IMG/VR virus record: IMGVR_UViG_2657245717_000001
Location: 1-64,000 of that record
Source of the DNA: a virus
Taxonomy: Duplodnaviria; Caudoviricetes
DNA length: 64,000 nucleotides
Reading direction: 5' to 3' (one strand)
The notes below the pieces were generated by a model, which had not been told where the DNA came from, ran no database searches, and saw nothing but the letters and a program-made list of their open reading frames with translations. Shown here piece after piece: positions 44,908-53,822 of this stretch. The stretch's first letter is position 1. Every line of letters starts with the position of its first letter. A program made the translations under genes and the position numbers.

Positions 44908-46302
44908 TCAGCCGTGCTCCATGTCGGTGAACCGGGAGTAGTGCCCCTGGAACGCCACCGTGATCGTCGCCGTCGCCGCGTTCCGGTTCTTCGCCACGAT
45001 CAGATCAGCCTCGCCGGCCCGCGGAGACTCCTTCTCGTAGAAGTCCTCCCGGTGCAGAAGGATCACGATGTCGGCGTCCTGCTCGATCGCGCCGGACTCC
45101 CGCAGGTCAGACATCATCGGCTTCTTGTCGGTGCGCTGCTCGGGCCCACGATTGAGCTGCGACAGAGCAACGATCGGCACGTCGAGGGTCTTCGCGAGGA
45201 GCTTCAGGTTGCGGGAGATGTCCGCGACTTCCTGCTGCCGCGTCTCGGCACGGCCGCCGGACTTCATGAGCTGGATGTAGTCAACGACGATGAGCTGGAT
45301 GTCGTGGAGCTGCTTCATGCGGCGGGCCCGCGCTGCGATCTCCATGTACGTCTGGTTGGCGTAGTCGTCGATGTACAGCGGCGCGGCCTCGATGCTCGGC
45401 ATGACCTTCGCAATGCGGGACCAGTCGCCGTCGTCGAGTTCCCCGGACCGGATGTGGTGGAGCGCGACGCGGCCCTGAGCGGAGAGGATGCGCTCCTCGA
45501 TCTCCTCGCGGGGCATCTCCAGGTTGAAGAAGAGGGCGGGCTTCTTCTCGACGATGGAGCAGTGGCGGAGGAAGTCGACAGCCAGGGTCGACTTGCCGAT
45601 GGACGGTCGGGCGGCGATGACGATGAGCTGGCCGCCGATGAGGCCGGTGGTGAGGCCGTCGAGGTCGGTGAAGCCGGTGGACAGGCCGCGGAGTCCGTCG
45701 CCGGCGTCGGCGCGCTTCTCCAGGCGGTCGATGAGGGAGGCGGAGGTGGCGCTGATGGGGAGGATGTCGTTGCGGTCGGCGGCCTGGAGGACGTTGAAGA
45801 TGTCTTCCTGGGCGGTGCCGACGGCGACTGCGGCGTCGCCTTCGCCGCGGTAGCCGCTCTGGGCGATGCGGGTGCCGGTTTCGGCGAGGCGGCGGAACAC
45901 GGCGCGTTCGGCGACGGTCTCGGCGTACCACTGGGCGTTGGCGGCGGTGGGGACCATCTCCACGAGCTGGTGGAGGTAGGGGGCTCCGCCGACGCGTTCG
46001 AGGTCGCCGCGTTTGGTGAGTTCCGCGGAGACGGTGACGGGGTCGGCCGGCTCGGAGCGGCCGTACATGTCGAGGATGGTTTCGTAGATGGTCTGGTGGG
46101 CGGGGCGGTAGAAGTCGGCGGGGCTGTGGAGTTCTTCGACGACTTCGCCGATGGCGGTCTTGGAGAGGAGCATGCCGCCGAGGACGCACTGTTCGGCTTC
46201 GTAGTCCTGGGGTGGGGTGCGGTCGGTGTTGCGGGGGGTGTCGTCGGCCCATGGCTCGTCGGTGGCGGGGTGGGCGTCGATGGTCTGGTGAGGGATACTC
46301 AC
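44908..46302 (-). CDS. dnaB: Replicative DNA helicase
   Basis: PPQD..AEQ.VLGGML, AARPSIGKST, VVDYIQLM, LSQLNR, DLRESGAIEQDAD, AKNRN. Confidence 0.96.
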   Translation of the reverse strand: MSIPHQTIDAHPATDEPWADDTPRNTDRTPPQDYEAEQCVLGGMLLSKTAIGEVVEELHSPADFYRPAHQTIYETILDMYGRSEPADPVTVSAELTKRGDLERVGGAPYLHQLVEMVPTAANAQWYAETVAERAVFRRLAETGTRIAQSGYRGEGDAAVAVGTAQEDIFNVLQAADRNDILPISATSASLIDRLEKRADAGDGLRGLSTGFTDLDGLTTGLIGGQLIVIAARPSIGKSTLAVDFLRHCSIVEKKPALFFNLEMPREEIEERILSAQGRVALHHIRSGELDDGDWSRIAKVMPSIEAAPLYIDDYANQTYMEIAARARRMKQLHDIQLIVVDYIQLMKSGGRAETRQQEVADISRNLKLLAKTLDVPIVALSQLNRGPEQRTDKKPMMSDLRESGAIEQDADIVILLHREDFYEKESPRAGEADLIVAKNRNAATATITVAFQGHYSRFTDMEHG

Positions 46303-46381
46303 GGTGAGGCTCCAAGGGGTCTCAGAGCGGCGGCCAGTCTCGTGGAAGGGTTCTGGCCGCCGTCTCGCGTTTGAGGGGCTG

Positions 46382-47523
46382 TCAGGCCCGTGTGGCGGCG
46401 TAGGCGGGGTGGCAGGTCTTGCACTTGGCTGCGGGGCCGTCGTCGGGGAGCAGGAACCGGTAGGTGGGGGAGTCGCACTCACCGCACCAGTCGACGTGTC
46501 CGGGCTTCGCTGCCGCTGTTCCTGCGGCCTGACTGGTGGGCTCGGACGCCTCGGCGGCGGCAGCGAGGACGGCTTCCTTCGACTGCATGTCGGAGATCCG
46601 GTAGGCGAGGGTCGCGCCGTGGTTTTTCACGGCTCCCTTGTCCGGCTCGTGGCGGGTGAGGTAGAGCCGCAGGGTGGTGTCGAGGTCCCAGCCGGTTTCG
46701 TCGGCGTTGGCGATGAGCTTGTCGGCGAGGCCGCGTGCGCGGGTGAGGCCGACTGCCCAGGCGCCGGGGAGGTTCATGAGGAACTTGATGGCCTTGTCGC
46801 GTCGGGCGGGGTCGAGGGTGTCGTCGTTGCTGCTGGTCTTTCCCCTTCGCGGCGTAGCCGCGTGCTTGGGGATGGAGGGGGAGGTAGTTCCTACCTCCTC
46901 CTCCGGGGGTGTGGGGGGGACGGCCTAACGCTTCCCGGAACGCCGGAAGCATTCTGACCTGCGGGAACGCGCCTGCCACCACTTCCCGGGACACCGCTTC
47001 CGGCTTCACCGCTTCCGGCGTTCCGGGAAGCATTCCGACCTGCGGTTTCTTCCGCTTCCGGCTTCACCGCTTCCGGCGTTCCGGGAAGCATTCCGACCTG
47101 CATGTTCTCCAACGGGTCGGATGCAACCTGGTGCACCTGCCAGTCCGGGTTCCACGCGGGGTTGTCGTACACCGTGTAAGAGATCGGCCCCTTGCGGCCG
47201 GGGTGCTTCTTGTTCGGAAGCTCAACCCGCCGGATGTAGCCAGCGTCGATAAGGCGGCCAAACGAGCTGTAGACAGCGTCGCGGCCAACCAGCTCCTTGC
47301 TGTTCTTGGCCGACCTGATGCCGCGCGTCTTGAGCTGCTCCCAGACGATGACCGGCGTGGAACGCGCCTGGGAGGAAACGTTGAACAGGACCTGGATGAG
47401 CACCACGTAGTCGATGGCGTGCACCAACTCCGATCCGATGCCCATGTGAGCTGGCACGGAGATGCCGCTGACGGGCGCTTGAGCGGCCTTGATAGTGGCA
47501 GTCTCAACGATTCGATCACTCAC
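46382..47523 (-). CDS. Phage-type replication initiator, split by an apparent 1-nt frameshift near 46905
   Basis: N-terminal wHTH (GRDAVYSSFGRLIDAGYIRR); internal iterons; one extra C gives SPPHPPEEE and joins the 46382-46777 frame, which ends WCGEC...KCKTCHP; lies upstream of dnaB. Confidence 0.75.
46930..47101. repeat. Iteron cluster (probable lytic origin)
   Basis: 50-bp direct repeat at 46994-47043 and 47052-47101; inverted 21-bp core at 46930-46950. Confidence 0.85.
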
Positions 47524-47843
47524 GCTGCCACCCCCGCCGCGAGAGAGGAGGTGCTAGCACTACCAGCCGGGCTCGCACAGTTACTGTGCGTTGCACTTTC
47601 AGTGCTGGGGGTCTTGCGGGTATCGTTCACCAGGAACGACCTGCTTTCTGCTGTGAGGTTCGTTTGACGCAGCGGTTGCGACCCGCTGTTTGTGCTTGGT
47701 GGCCGGTGGAGCTGAGGCTCGCCGGCCACTTGCATGTCTGAACGCTATCGAGCATTTCGCGGGGTATTGCCCCTGCTAAACGCCCCTTCACCAGGGCCAC
47801 CGTCGAGGTCGACGGTCCTGGCCGCGGCCGTGGTGTTTGTCCA

Positions 47844-48482
47844 TCACGACGCCACGTAGAGGGCGACACCTTGCTGGCTGGTGATGACCCCTTTGTCTCG
47901 CAACTGCCGCATGGCGATGCCGACCACCGAGGTCGATACACCGAGGTGGTGGGCCATCCGCGAGATGGTCAGCAAGCGGCTTCCCAGGGGAAGCAGGCCA
48001 TCCTCGATGGCGGTGCTGATGATCTGGGCGATCTGCCTAGACAGGGACAGCTTTGCGCGGCGGTCGAGGCGTGCACTCGTCCACCAGTCCTGCGTGAAGG
48101 CGTCGGGCGCCGCGTGCAGATGGTTGTAGAGAGGGCGCTCGACCTCGATGGCGACGCGCTCGGCCGTTTCAGCCTCAAGCCGTGACCGGAACCAGTGAAC
48201 GGTGTGGTTGTCCACCTGATCCCACCACTCCTTCTCCTCGGAGTGCTGGGCCCATCGGACTCCAGGGTTATTGCTGACGCCGACGTACAGCAGGCGTTCG
48301 TCAGAGCCGAAGAGCCGGTAGAGCCCTGTTGCCTCCTCTTCGACCTTGGAAGGGGGAGGGGGTGCCGTACCGATGATCCGGTAGATGCCGCGCTCGTCTG
48401 GCGTTTCGCTGTACAGGTAGCCCCTGATGGGGTCGGAGCACACGGCGATGTCGTCGGGGAACTCGTAGTAGACGCTAGGCAT
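47844..48482 (-). CDS. GIY-YIG nuclease-like domain fused to a GntR-type wHTH
   Basis: LYRLF....LLYVGVS..P..RW.QH....WW...E..AI..ERP.YN; QIA..I...I..G....GSRL....MA..LGVS. Confidence 0.8.
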   Translation of the reverse strand: MPSVYYEFPDDIAVCSDPIRGYLYSETPDERGIYRIIGTAPPPPSKVEEEATGLYRLFGSDERLLYVGVSNNPGVRWAQHSEEKEWWDQVDNHTVHWFRSRLEAETAERVAIEVERPLYNHLHAAPDAFTQDWWTSARLDRRAKLSLSRQIAQIISTAIEDGLLPLGSRLLTISRMAHHLGVSTSVVGIAMRQLRDKGVITSQQGVALYVAS

Positions 48483-48840
48483 CGGTCGTTCCCGTCCTCT
48501 TGGCCCGCCGGGCGCCCTTGTCGGGGCCGCGTCCAGCGATGGGGTGATTTTGGAAGTAGTCGAGGAAGGGGCCTGTCTCCATAACCGCCGCGTTGGCGAT
48601 CTGCCAGTACGCGTGTGCGCGGCCTTCGCCGAAGGGCCAGTCCGGGTTGGTCGAGGCGATGTGCCTGATGCCCTGGTGGGTGATGTGGTCGACGATGCCG
48701 AGTTGCATCAGGAGGTCCGCCCCGCCCTGGAAGGTGACGACGGGGGGAATGGGGATGTGCTTGGGGTCGCCCTGTTGGGCGCTAGTGAAGCTCACTAGTA
48801 GGCTCCTATACGTGAACAGCTCATCGCTGGGTTGCTTCAC
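48475..48840 (-). CDS. Hypothetical DNA-binding protein
   Basis: ITHQGIRHIA....WPFG; RGPDK..R tail; start uncertain. Confidence 0.5.
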   Translation of the reverse strand: MKQPSDELFTYRSLLVSFTSAQQGDPKHIPIPPVVTFQGGADLLMQLGIVDHITHQGIRHIASTNPDWPFGEGRAHAYWQIANAAVMETGPFLDYFQNHPIAGRGPDKGARRAKRTGTTDA

Positions 48841-48948
48841 ACTGCTGCCGACTCCGCAGGTCGGTAGTGCTCAAAGGACGGCCGGTTGGGGTCCGTAGCC
48901 CCTCCGGCCGTTCGTGCGTCCTGACTGGATGCCCGAACGCGTCAATGA

Positions 48949-49710
48949 TCAGGCGTTCTCGGCTCCCTCCTGCGTCTCTTCATCGCTGGACCGCAGCGAC
49001 GTCGTCCAGCGAAGGATGGTCGAGCCCTCCGCCACCTTGACGGCAACCTCGACAACGCGACCGTCCGCCAACGTCACGGTCCGAACGACCTGGGTGACAA
49101 CCACATCGGCGGCCGTCAGCCCCAGGGCCTCCTTCTCCGCCGTGGTGGCGAGGCGGCTGGTCACTTCCTCCAGCACCTCGTCCTGCGGAGAGCCGAGACG
49201 CGACGCCGCCAGCTCCCGAGAGGCCCCGGTGGACACCGGCTCCTGAAGCTCAGGCGTCACCGCGATCACGTACGCGGGGTAGTAGCTGCTGCTGATGTGT
49301 ACAGGCACTTCGCCACGGCTCACGACGCGCCGACGGACCTGGACGGGCGTACCAGGAGCAACGTCGAGGCGGGGGGCCACCAGCGCGTCTGCGCCGACCG
49401 TGCCCACCTCGATGATTCGCGACGACTCGCCGCCACTCATCGCGCTACCTGTAGCGGCGTGCAGAGCAACCCGCGCGCCGATGCTGGTGCTGGCCGGTGA
49501 CGCCACCACCGTCTTCGCGCCCGGGCGCGTGAGGGTCAACCCCTCCATCTTGAGAACCCGGTATGCGCGGTTCACGGTCGTATGCGCGACGCCGAACTGC
49601 TCCTTGGCCTGCGTGTAGCTCGGCATCTCGTCGCCGGGGCGGAGTGTTCCGTCATGGATCAGCCGGCGGAAGTGGTCGGCGATCTCTGCATACCCGGGGG
49701 TCTCTGGCAT
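48949..49710 (-). CDS. GntR/UTRA repressor (KorSA/TraR-like)
   Basis: GYAEIADHFRRLI.DG.L.PGD.MPS......FGVA..TV.RAY..L plus UTRA domain; divergent from the tra operon. Confidence 0.9.
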   Translation of the reverse strand: MPETPGYAEIADHFRRLIHDGTLRPGDEMPSYTQAKEQFGVAHTTVNRAYRVLKMEGLTLTRPGAKTVVASPASTSIGARVALHAATGSAMSGGESSRIIEVGTVGADALVAPRLDVAPGTPVQVRRRVVSRGEVPVHISSSYYPAYVIAVTPELQEPVSTGASRELAASRLGSPQDEVLEEVTSRLATTAEKEALGLTAADVVVTQVVRTVTLADGRVVEVAVKVAEGSTILRWTTSLRSSDEETQEGAENA

Positions 49711-49793
49711 GGCCTCCTCCTTTCTTAGGTGTGCACTGCCCACCTCGTCGTGTGCAGCGGTGTCCTTCTGAGATTAGTCGAAGAAAACTTGTT

Positions 49794-49809
49794 GCGCTAC
49801 TAGTAGCGC
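49794..49809. promoter_or_regulatory. 16-bp perfect palindrome, probable Kor operator
   Basis: GCGCTACTAGTAGCGC in the kor/tra divergent intergenic region. Confidence 0.65.
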
Positions 49810-50137
49810 TCGCGGCGTAGTGTGGTCTACATTGAGGTGGTCGGCAAGCGCGGGACCCCCCGAAACGCCGAAAGGCCCAGGTGCGCGAACACCTGGACCT
49901 CTCAGGGGCCCCGAAGGACCCGGCGAACCAACGCCCGACCTGCGCAAACAGGAGGTTGATCCGCGTGAACCAGCGTAACCGCATCACCGGAAACACCGCG
50001 ACCACCACCCCCGACGTGAACGAGTGCCTGCGTCAGTCCCGCAGCACCAGCACCACGCCGTCGACCGCCCGCCAGCTCGTCGCCGTCGGCATCCGCCGGC
50101 CCGGCAACGGCCCGCTGATCATCAAGGCGGTCTGACC

Positions 50138-50605
50138 ATGGCGCTCAACGACCCCGCCCGCGACGCCGCCGAGCACCTCTACCAGCAGCTCGCCCGCCTC
50201 GCCTGGATCGACAACGACAACACCGACCGCATCCACGTCACCCTCAGCCTTCCCGACGGCACGCTCATCGGCTCCACCGACCTCGCCGCCACCACCATCG
50301 GCGAACTCGGCGACACCGCCCAGCACAACGCCGACGACTACCAGCAGGCCATCGGCGAGCAGGTCGCCTACTTCGAAGAGACCCTCATCGACCCGCAGCT
50401 CGCCCAGGACGTGGAGGACTGCCTCTCGCCCTACCTCGACGGGCAGCTCCACCCCGACGCGCTCGACGAGATCGAGGAGCACCTGAACAGCCTCGACCTG
50501 ATGGACCTGCTCAACGTGGCACGGAGCGCCCCGGACGAGGAGAGCGGCATCCGCGCTTTCGACTACCTCGTCACCGGCGAGATCGACGAGGACGGAGCCC
50601 TCTGA
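50138..50605 (+). CDS. Acidic hypothetical protein (tra operon)
   Basis: GC3-rich frame; D/E-rich; TGATG coupling. Confidence 0.65.
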   Translation: MALNDPARDAAEHLYQQLARLAWIDNDNTDRIHVTLSLPDGTLIGSTDLAATTIGELGDTAQHNADDYQQAIGEQVAYFEETLIDPQLAQDVEDCLSPYLDGQLHPDALDEIEEHLNSLDLMDLLNVARSAPDEESGIRAFDYLVTGEIDEDGAL

Positions 50606-51024
50606 TGCACAGCCCCTACGGCCCCGTCCACACCCCCGGCAACGCCGTCCCCAACATCGACGACACCGAACTCGGCCGAGCCCTCGACTCCCTCCACGGC
50701 GTCCACCCCGGCCTGACGCTCGTGGCTGACGGACTCCGGCACATCGCCCACGACCGGCACCACATCACCCGCATCCCCACCATCCTCAACGCCCTCGCCG
50801 GCGACCCCCACGGCCACAGCCTCATCGACGTCATCGGCCACCTCGTCGCCCGCCTCACCGACGCCGACCAGACCCCGACCCTCCGGCAGCTCAACCTCGA
50901 CGAGCAGAAGACCGTGCAGCAGCTCGGCGAGGAGTCCCTGTACCAGCTGACCGACATGGACCTTCAGAAGCCGGCTGCGGAAGCGGCGGTCGTCCTCGAC
51001 GAGATCGAGTCGAAGTCCACCTGA
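50605..51024 (+). CDS. Hypothetical protein (tra operon)
   Basis: GGAG RBS; coupled. Confidence 0.65.
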   Translation: MHSPYGPVHTPGNAVPNIDDTELGRALDSLHGVHPGLTLVADGLRHIAHDRHHITRIPTILNALAGDPHGHSLIDVIGHLVARLTDADQTPTLRQLNLDEQKTVQQLGEESLYQLTDMDLQKPAAEAAVVLDEIESKST

Positions 51025-51092
51025 CCATCCCCACCGCGCGGGGGCGGTCGACGCCGACAACGGCCGCCCCCGCCTCACCCGAGAGGCACGCC

Positions 51093-51311
51093 ATGAGCAA
51101 GACCTACTTCTGGGTCGCCACCCTTCACACCAACACCCCTCACGGCCCCCGCATCACCTCCGACAAGGGCCTCGTCACGCCCGGCCTCACCACCGGCCAG
51201 ACCCGAGCCGAGCTGTACACCACCGTCCTCAACGCGGTCTGCGAGCGCCACGGTCTCTCGATCGCCGACAGCGCGGTCACGTTCTGGTCCCTCGAACCGA
51301 ACGACGTCTAG
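51093..51311 (+). CDS. Small hypothetical protein
   Basis: YFWVATL...TR.ELY...V.FWSLEPN pattern; GAGG RBS. Confidence 0.65.
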   Translation: MSKTYFWVATLHTNTPHGPRITSDKGLVTPGLTTGQTRAELYTTVLNAVCERHGLSIADSAVTFWSLEPNDV

Positions 51312-51319
51312 ACCCCCCA

Positions 51320-51371
51320 GCCTCGGCCCAACCGTGACGGTGCCGGATCGAATCCGCGCCCGAGGCACGCA
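51320..51371 (+). ncRNA. tRNA-like element E3
   Basis: GCCTCGG/CCGAGGC stem; CGG-ATCGAAT-CCG T-arm; CCGTGACG linker; ACGCA tail. Confidence 0.55.
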
Positions 51372-51453
51372 CACCGAACGCCCAGAGGAAACGCCCCACC
51401 AGGGCCAGTACCGAAGGAAGCGTCCGCACCTTGAGAACTCCACAGCACCACAA

Positions 51454-51516
51454 GCCCCGGCCCCGCACCCCGCGGGGGCCGTGACGACGCCGACTCAACC
51501 CCGGCCCGGGGCACGC
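51454..51516 (+). ncRNA. tRNA-like element E4
   Basis: GCCCCGG/CCGGGGC stem; GCCG-ACTCAACC-CGGC arm; CCGTGACG linker; ACGCA tail. Confidence 0.5.
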
Positions 51517-51556
51517 AACCACCGCCCGAACCCGCCCACCACCGAAAGGCCCGGAC

Positions 51557-51724
51557 ATGAACCAGCAGGCCACCCCCGCCTACGAGCCCGTCAGCGACGA
51601 CGACGCCCGACTCCACCTCGCCCAGATCATCGGCTCCGACCTGGACACCACCGTCTGGACCGGTGACTGGCACCAGACCCTCCGCGACACCGCAGCCGCC
51701 TGGACCACCGACCTCGCCGCCTGA
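51557..51724 (+). CDS. 55-aa hypothetical protein
   Basis: GAAAGG RBS; MNQQATPAYEPVSDDDARLHL; GC3-rich. Confidence 0.55.
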   Translation: MNQQATPAYEPVSDDDARLHLAQIIGSDLDTTVWTGDWHQTLRDTAAAWTTDLAA

Positions 51725-51735
51725 AGGAGACCCCC

Positions 51736-51912
51736 ATGACCAACCGTCCCATCACCCCCGCCGAAGCCCACCTCGTCGCCACCGCCGTCACCCTCGCCGC
51801 CACCAAGGGCGAGACCGTCTGCCGCGCCGTCGCCAGCACCTTCACCCAGGACCAGCTCGCCGCCGCCAAGGAAGTCCTCGAAAACGACCTCAACCAGAAG
51901 CCCACCCAGTAA
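51736..51912 (+). CDS. 58-aa hypothetical protein
   Basis: GAAGGAG RBS; MTNRPITPAEAHLV. Confidence 0.55.
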   Translation: MTNRPITPAEAHLVATAVTLAATKGETVCRAVASTFTQDQLAAAKEVLENDLNQKPTQ

Positions 51913-51949
51913 CCCCACACCGCACACCAACCAGAAAGGACCCCCAGTC

Positions 51950-53221
51950 GTGACCACCGCCCCGGCCGGCCAGACGCCGCCCCCACTCCCCACCCTCGGG
52001 GACTGGCAGCCCCTGCCCAACCCCGGGGCCACCACCCCCACCAAGCCGACCACCCAGACCCCCGTCAACCCCGCCACCCCCGACGGCGTTGGCGTCACCG
52101 GCTGGATCATCCGCGTCGTCCTCGCCCTCGTCATGACCGCCGCCCTCGGCGTCGGCACCTGGAGCATCTACACCCTCCTCACCGACACCTTCAACGTCCC
52201 CAACGGAATCGCCCTCCTCGGCTGCGGCCTCTTCGACGTCGCCGCCATCCTCTTCGCCCTCCTCTCCCAGCAGTACGCCACCACCACCGACAGCGGCCTC
52301 GCCCCCCGCCTCGCCATGCTCGCCATGGTCACCACCAGCTCCTGGGTCAACTGGAAGCACGCCGAACTAGAGCAGTGGGGCACCGTCGGCGGCGTCATCT
52401 TCGCCTCCGCACCCGTCATCGCCGAGCTCTCCTTCGAGATGTGGCACCGCTTCGAGCACCGCGAAGCGCTCCGCCGACTCGGCCGCGTCCCCGAGGCGCT
52501 CCCCGTCCTCGGCAAGTGGGCGTGGATCGCTCACCCCCTCCGCGCTCGGAAGACGCTCGACGCTCACATCAAGGCCACGCTCACCGAGCACGAGGCCATC
52601 GCCACAGAGCGCGAATCGGTCAGCGCTCAGCGCGCTCGCATCATCGTCCAGAACGCCGCCCCGGCGCTCACCCGAACCGACATGAGCGCCACCAACCCGC
52701 CGAGCGTGAGCGCGCGCATCCGCCCGCTCACCTCCCCTGAGCGCCCCGCGCTCGCAACCGGCACCGACGCTCAGAGCGCGCCCACGCTCACCCAGACGCC
52801 CGACGCTCACACCCCGACCGAGCGCCCCGCGCTCACCCCCAGCCCTGAGCGAGCGCCCGACGCTGACGCTCACACCAGCCCGAGCGCCCCCACTGAGCGC
52901 ACTCCTGAGCGCCCCACCAACACACGCTCAGAGCGCGCTCAGGCCAAGCCCGCCAAGGCTGAGCGCCCCCAGGCGGGCGCTCAGAGCGCGCCCAGCCTCG
53001 ACGAGCGGAAGGCGCTCAAGAAGAAGGAAGACACGCTCACCCTCGCGCTCTACAAGACGCTCAACAGGCGCCCGGAGTGGACGGACATCCGAGACGCGCT
53101 CACGAGCGCCGGACTCCGCACCGTCTCCCGGCCCACCGCTCAGCGCATCCGTGAGCGCGTCGAAGCCGCTCACCCCGACCTGCTCAGTGAGCGCCCCGAC
53201 GCGCTCACCGCGACGAGCTGA
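51950..53221 (+). CDS. SpdB/DUF2637-like plasmid spreading membrane protein
   Basis: Four TM helices, low-complexity linker and C-terminal HTH-like domain; located in the kor-traB region. Confidence 0.8.
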   Translation: MTTAPAGQTPPPLPTLGDWQPLPNPGATTPTKPTTQTPVNPATPDGVGVTGWIIRVVLALVMTAALGVGTWSIYTLLTDTFNVPNGIALLGCGLFDVAAILFALLSQQYATTTDSGLAPRLAMLAMVTTSSWVNWKHAELEQWGTVGGVIFASAPVIAELSFEMWHRFEHREALRRLGRVPEALPVLGKWAWIAHPLRARKTLDAHIKATLTEHEAIATERESVSAQRARIIVQNAAPALTRTDMSATNPPSVSARIRPLTSPERPALATGTDAQSAPTLTQTPDAHTPTERPALTPSPERAPDADAHTSPSAPTERTPERPTNTRSERAQAKPAKAERPQAGAQSAPSLDERKALKKKEDTLTLALYKTLNRRPEWTDIRDALTSAGLRTVSRPTAQRIRERVEAAHPDLLSERPDALTATS

Positions 53222-53243
53222 CTCACCTAAGGAGACCCGCTCA
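52465..53243. repeat. Dense CGCTC(A)/(T)GAGCG motif array
   Basis: About 48 copies by manual count, in both orientations and several reading frames. Confidence 0.85.
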
Positions 53244-53479
53244 TGACCAACCAGTGGACCGCGAACACCGCCGCCGAAGCCCTCAACCTCCTCAAGGCCG
53301 CCCAGGACCGCATCGAAGCCAGCCTCCTCGCCGCCCACCCCGACCTCCAGCAGCACCAGCTCCACAAGGCAGGCCGCGAGATCCCCCTCCGCCTCGACAT
53401 CACCTTCGACATCAGCCACCTCGACCAGCTCGCCAACGACCGCGGCACCTTCAACGCGCAGATCAGGGAGATGCCGTGA
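53243..53479 (+). CDS. Small hypothetical protein (tra region)
   Basis: AAGGAG RBS; W..N...LHK....IPLR.DI....HL pattern. Confidence 0.65.
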   Translation: MTNQWTANTAAEALNLLKAAQDRIEASLLAAHPDLQQHQLHKAGREIPLRLDITFDISHLDQLANDRGTFNAQIREMP

Positions 53480-53822
53480 CCACCAGCCTCGCTTCGGCCG
53501 CCTCCCCCACCACGGGGGCGGCCCCCGCCCCGGCCAGCCCGCAGCCCACCGTCGACCCCGAGCTTGCGGAGATCGCCGACGAGCTGTGGGCCGCCATCTG
53601 CCACATCGAATCCCTCAACCCGTACACCACACACAGTCACCACTCCGACGGCAACACCAACGCCAACACCAATCCCAATCCGGCGCCCCACACCCCGATC
53701 CCCGCCCCCAACCACCCCTGAACAGGCAAAACAGAGCCGGTTGGTCTTGGGATTGGCCTTCCAGTTGGCATCCCGGCCATCACCATCCGTAACCGCCATC
53801 AAGCCCGCGAGGAGCCCCCGAC

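Noticed and set aside
46891-46920. Programmed ribosomal frameshift in the initiator
   Set aside because: The same CCCCCGG context breaks an unrelated gene at 59022, which favours a sequencing artefact; kept only as a low-interest check.
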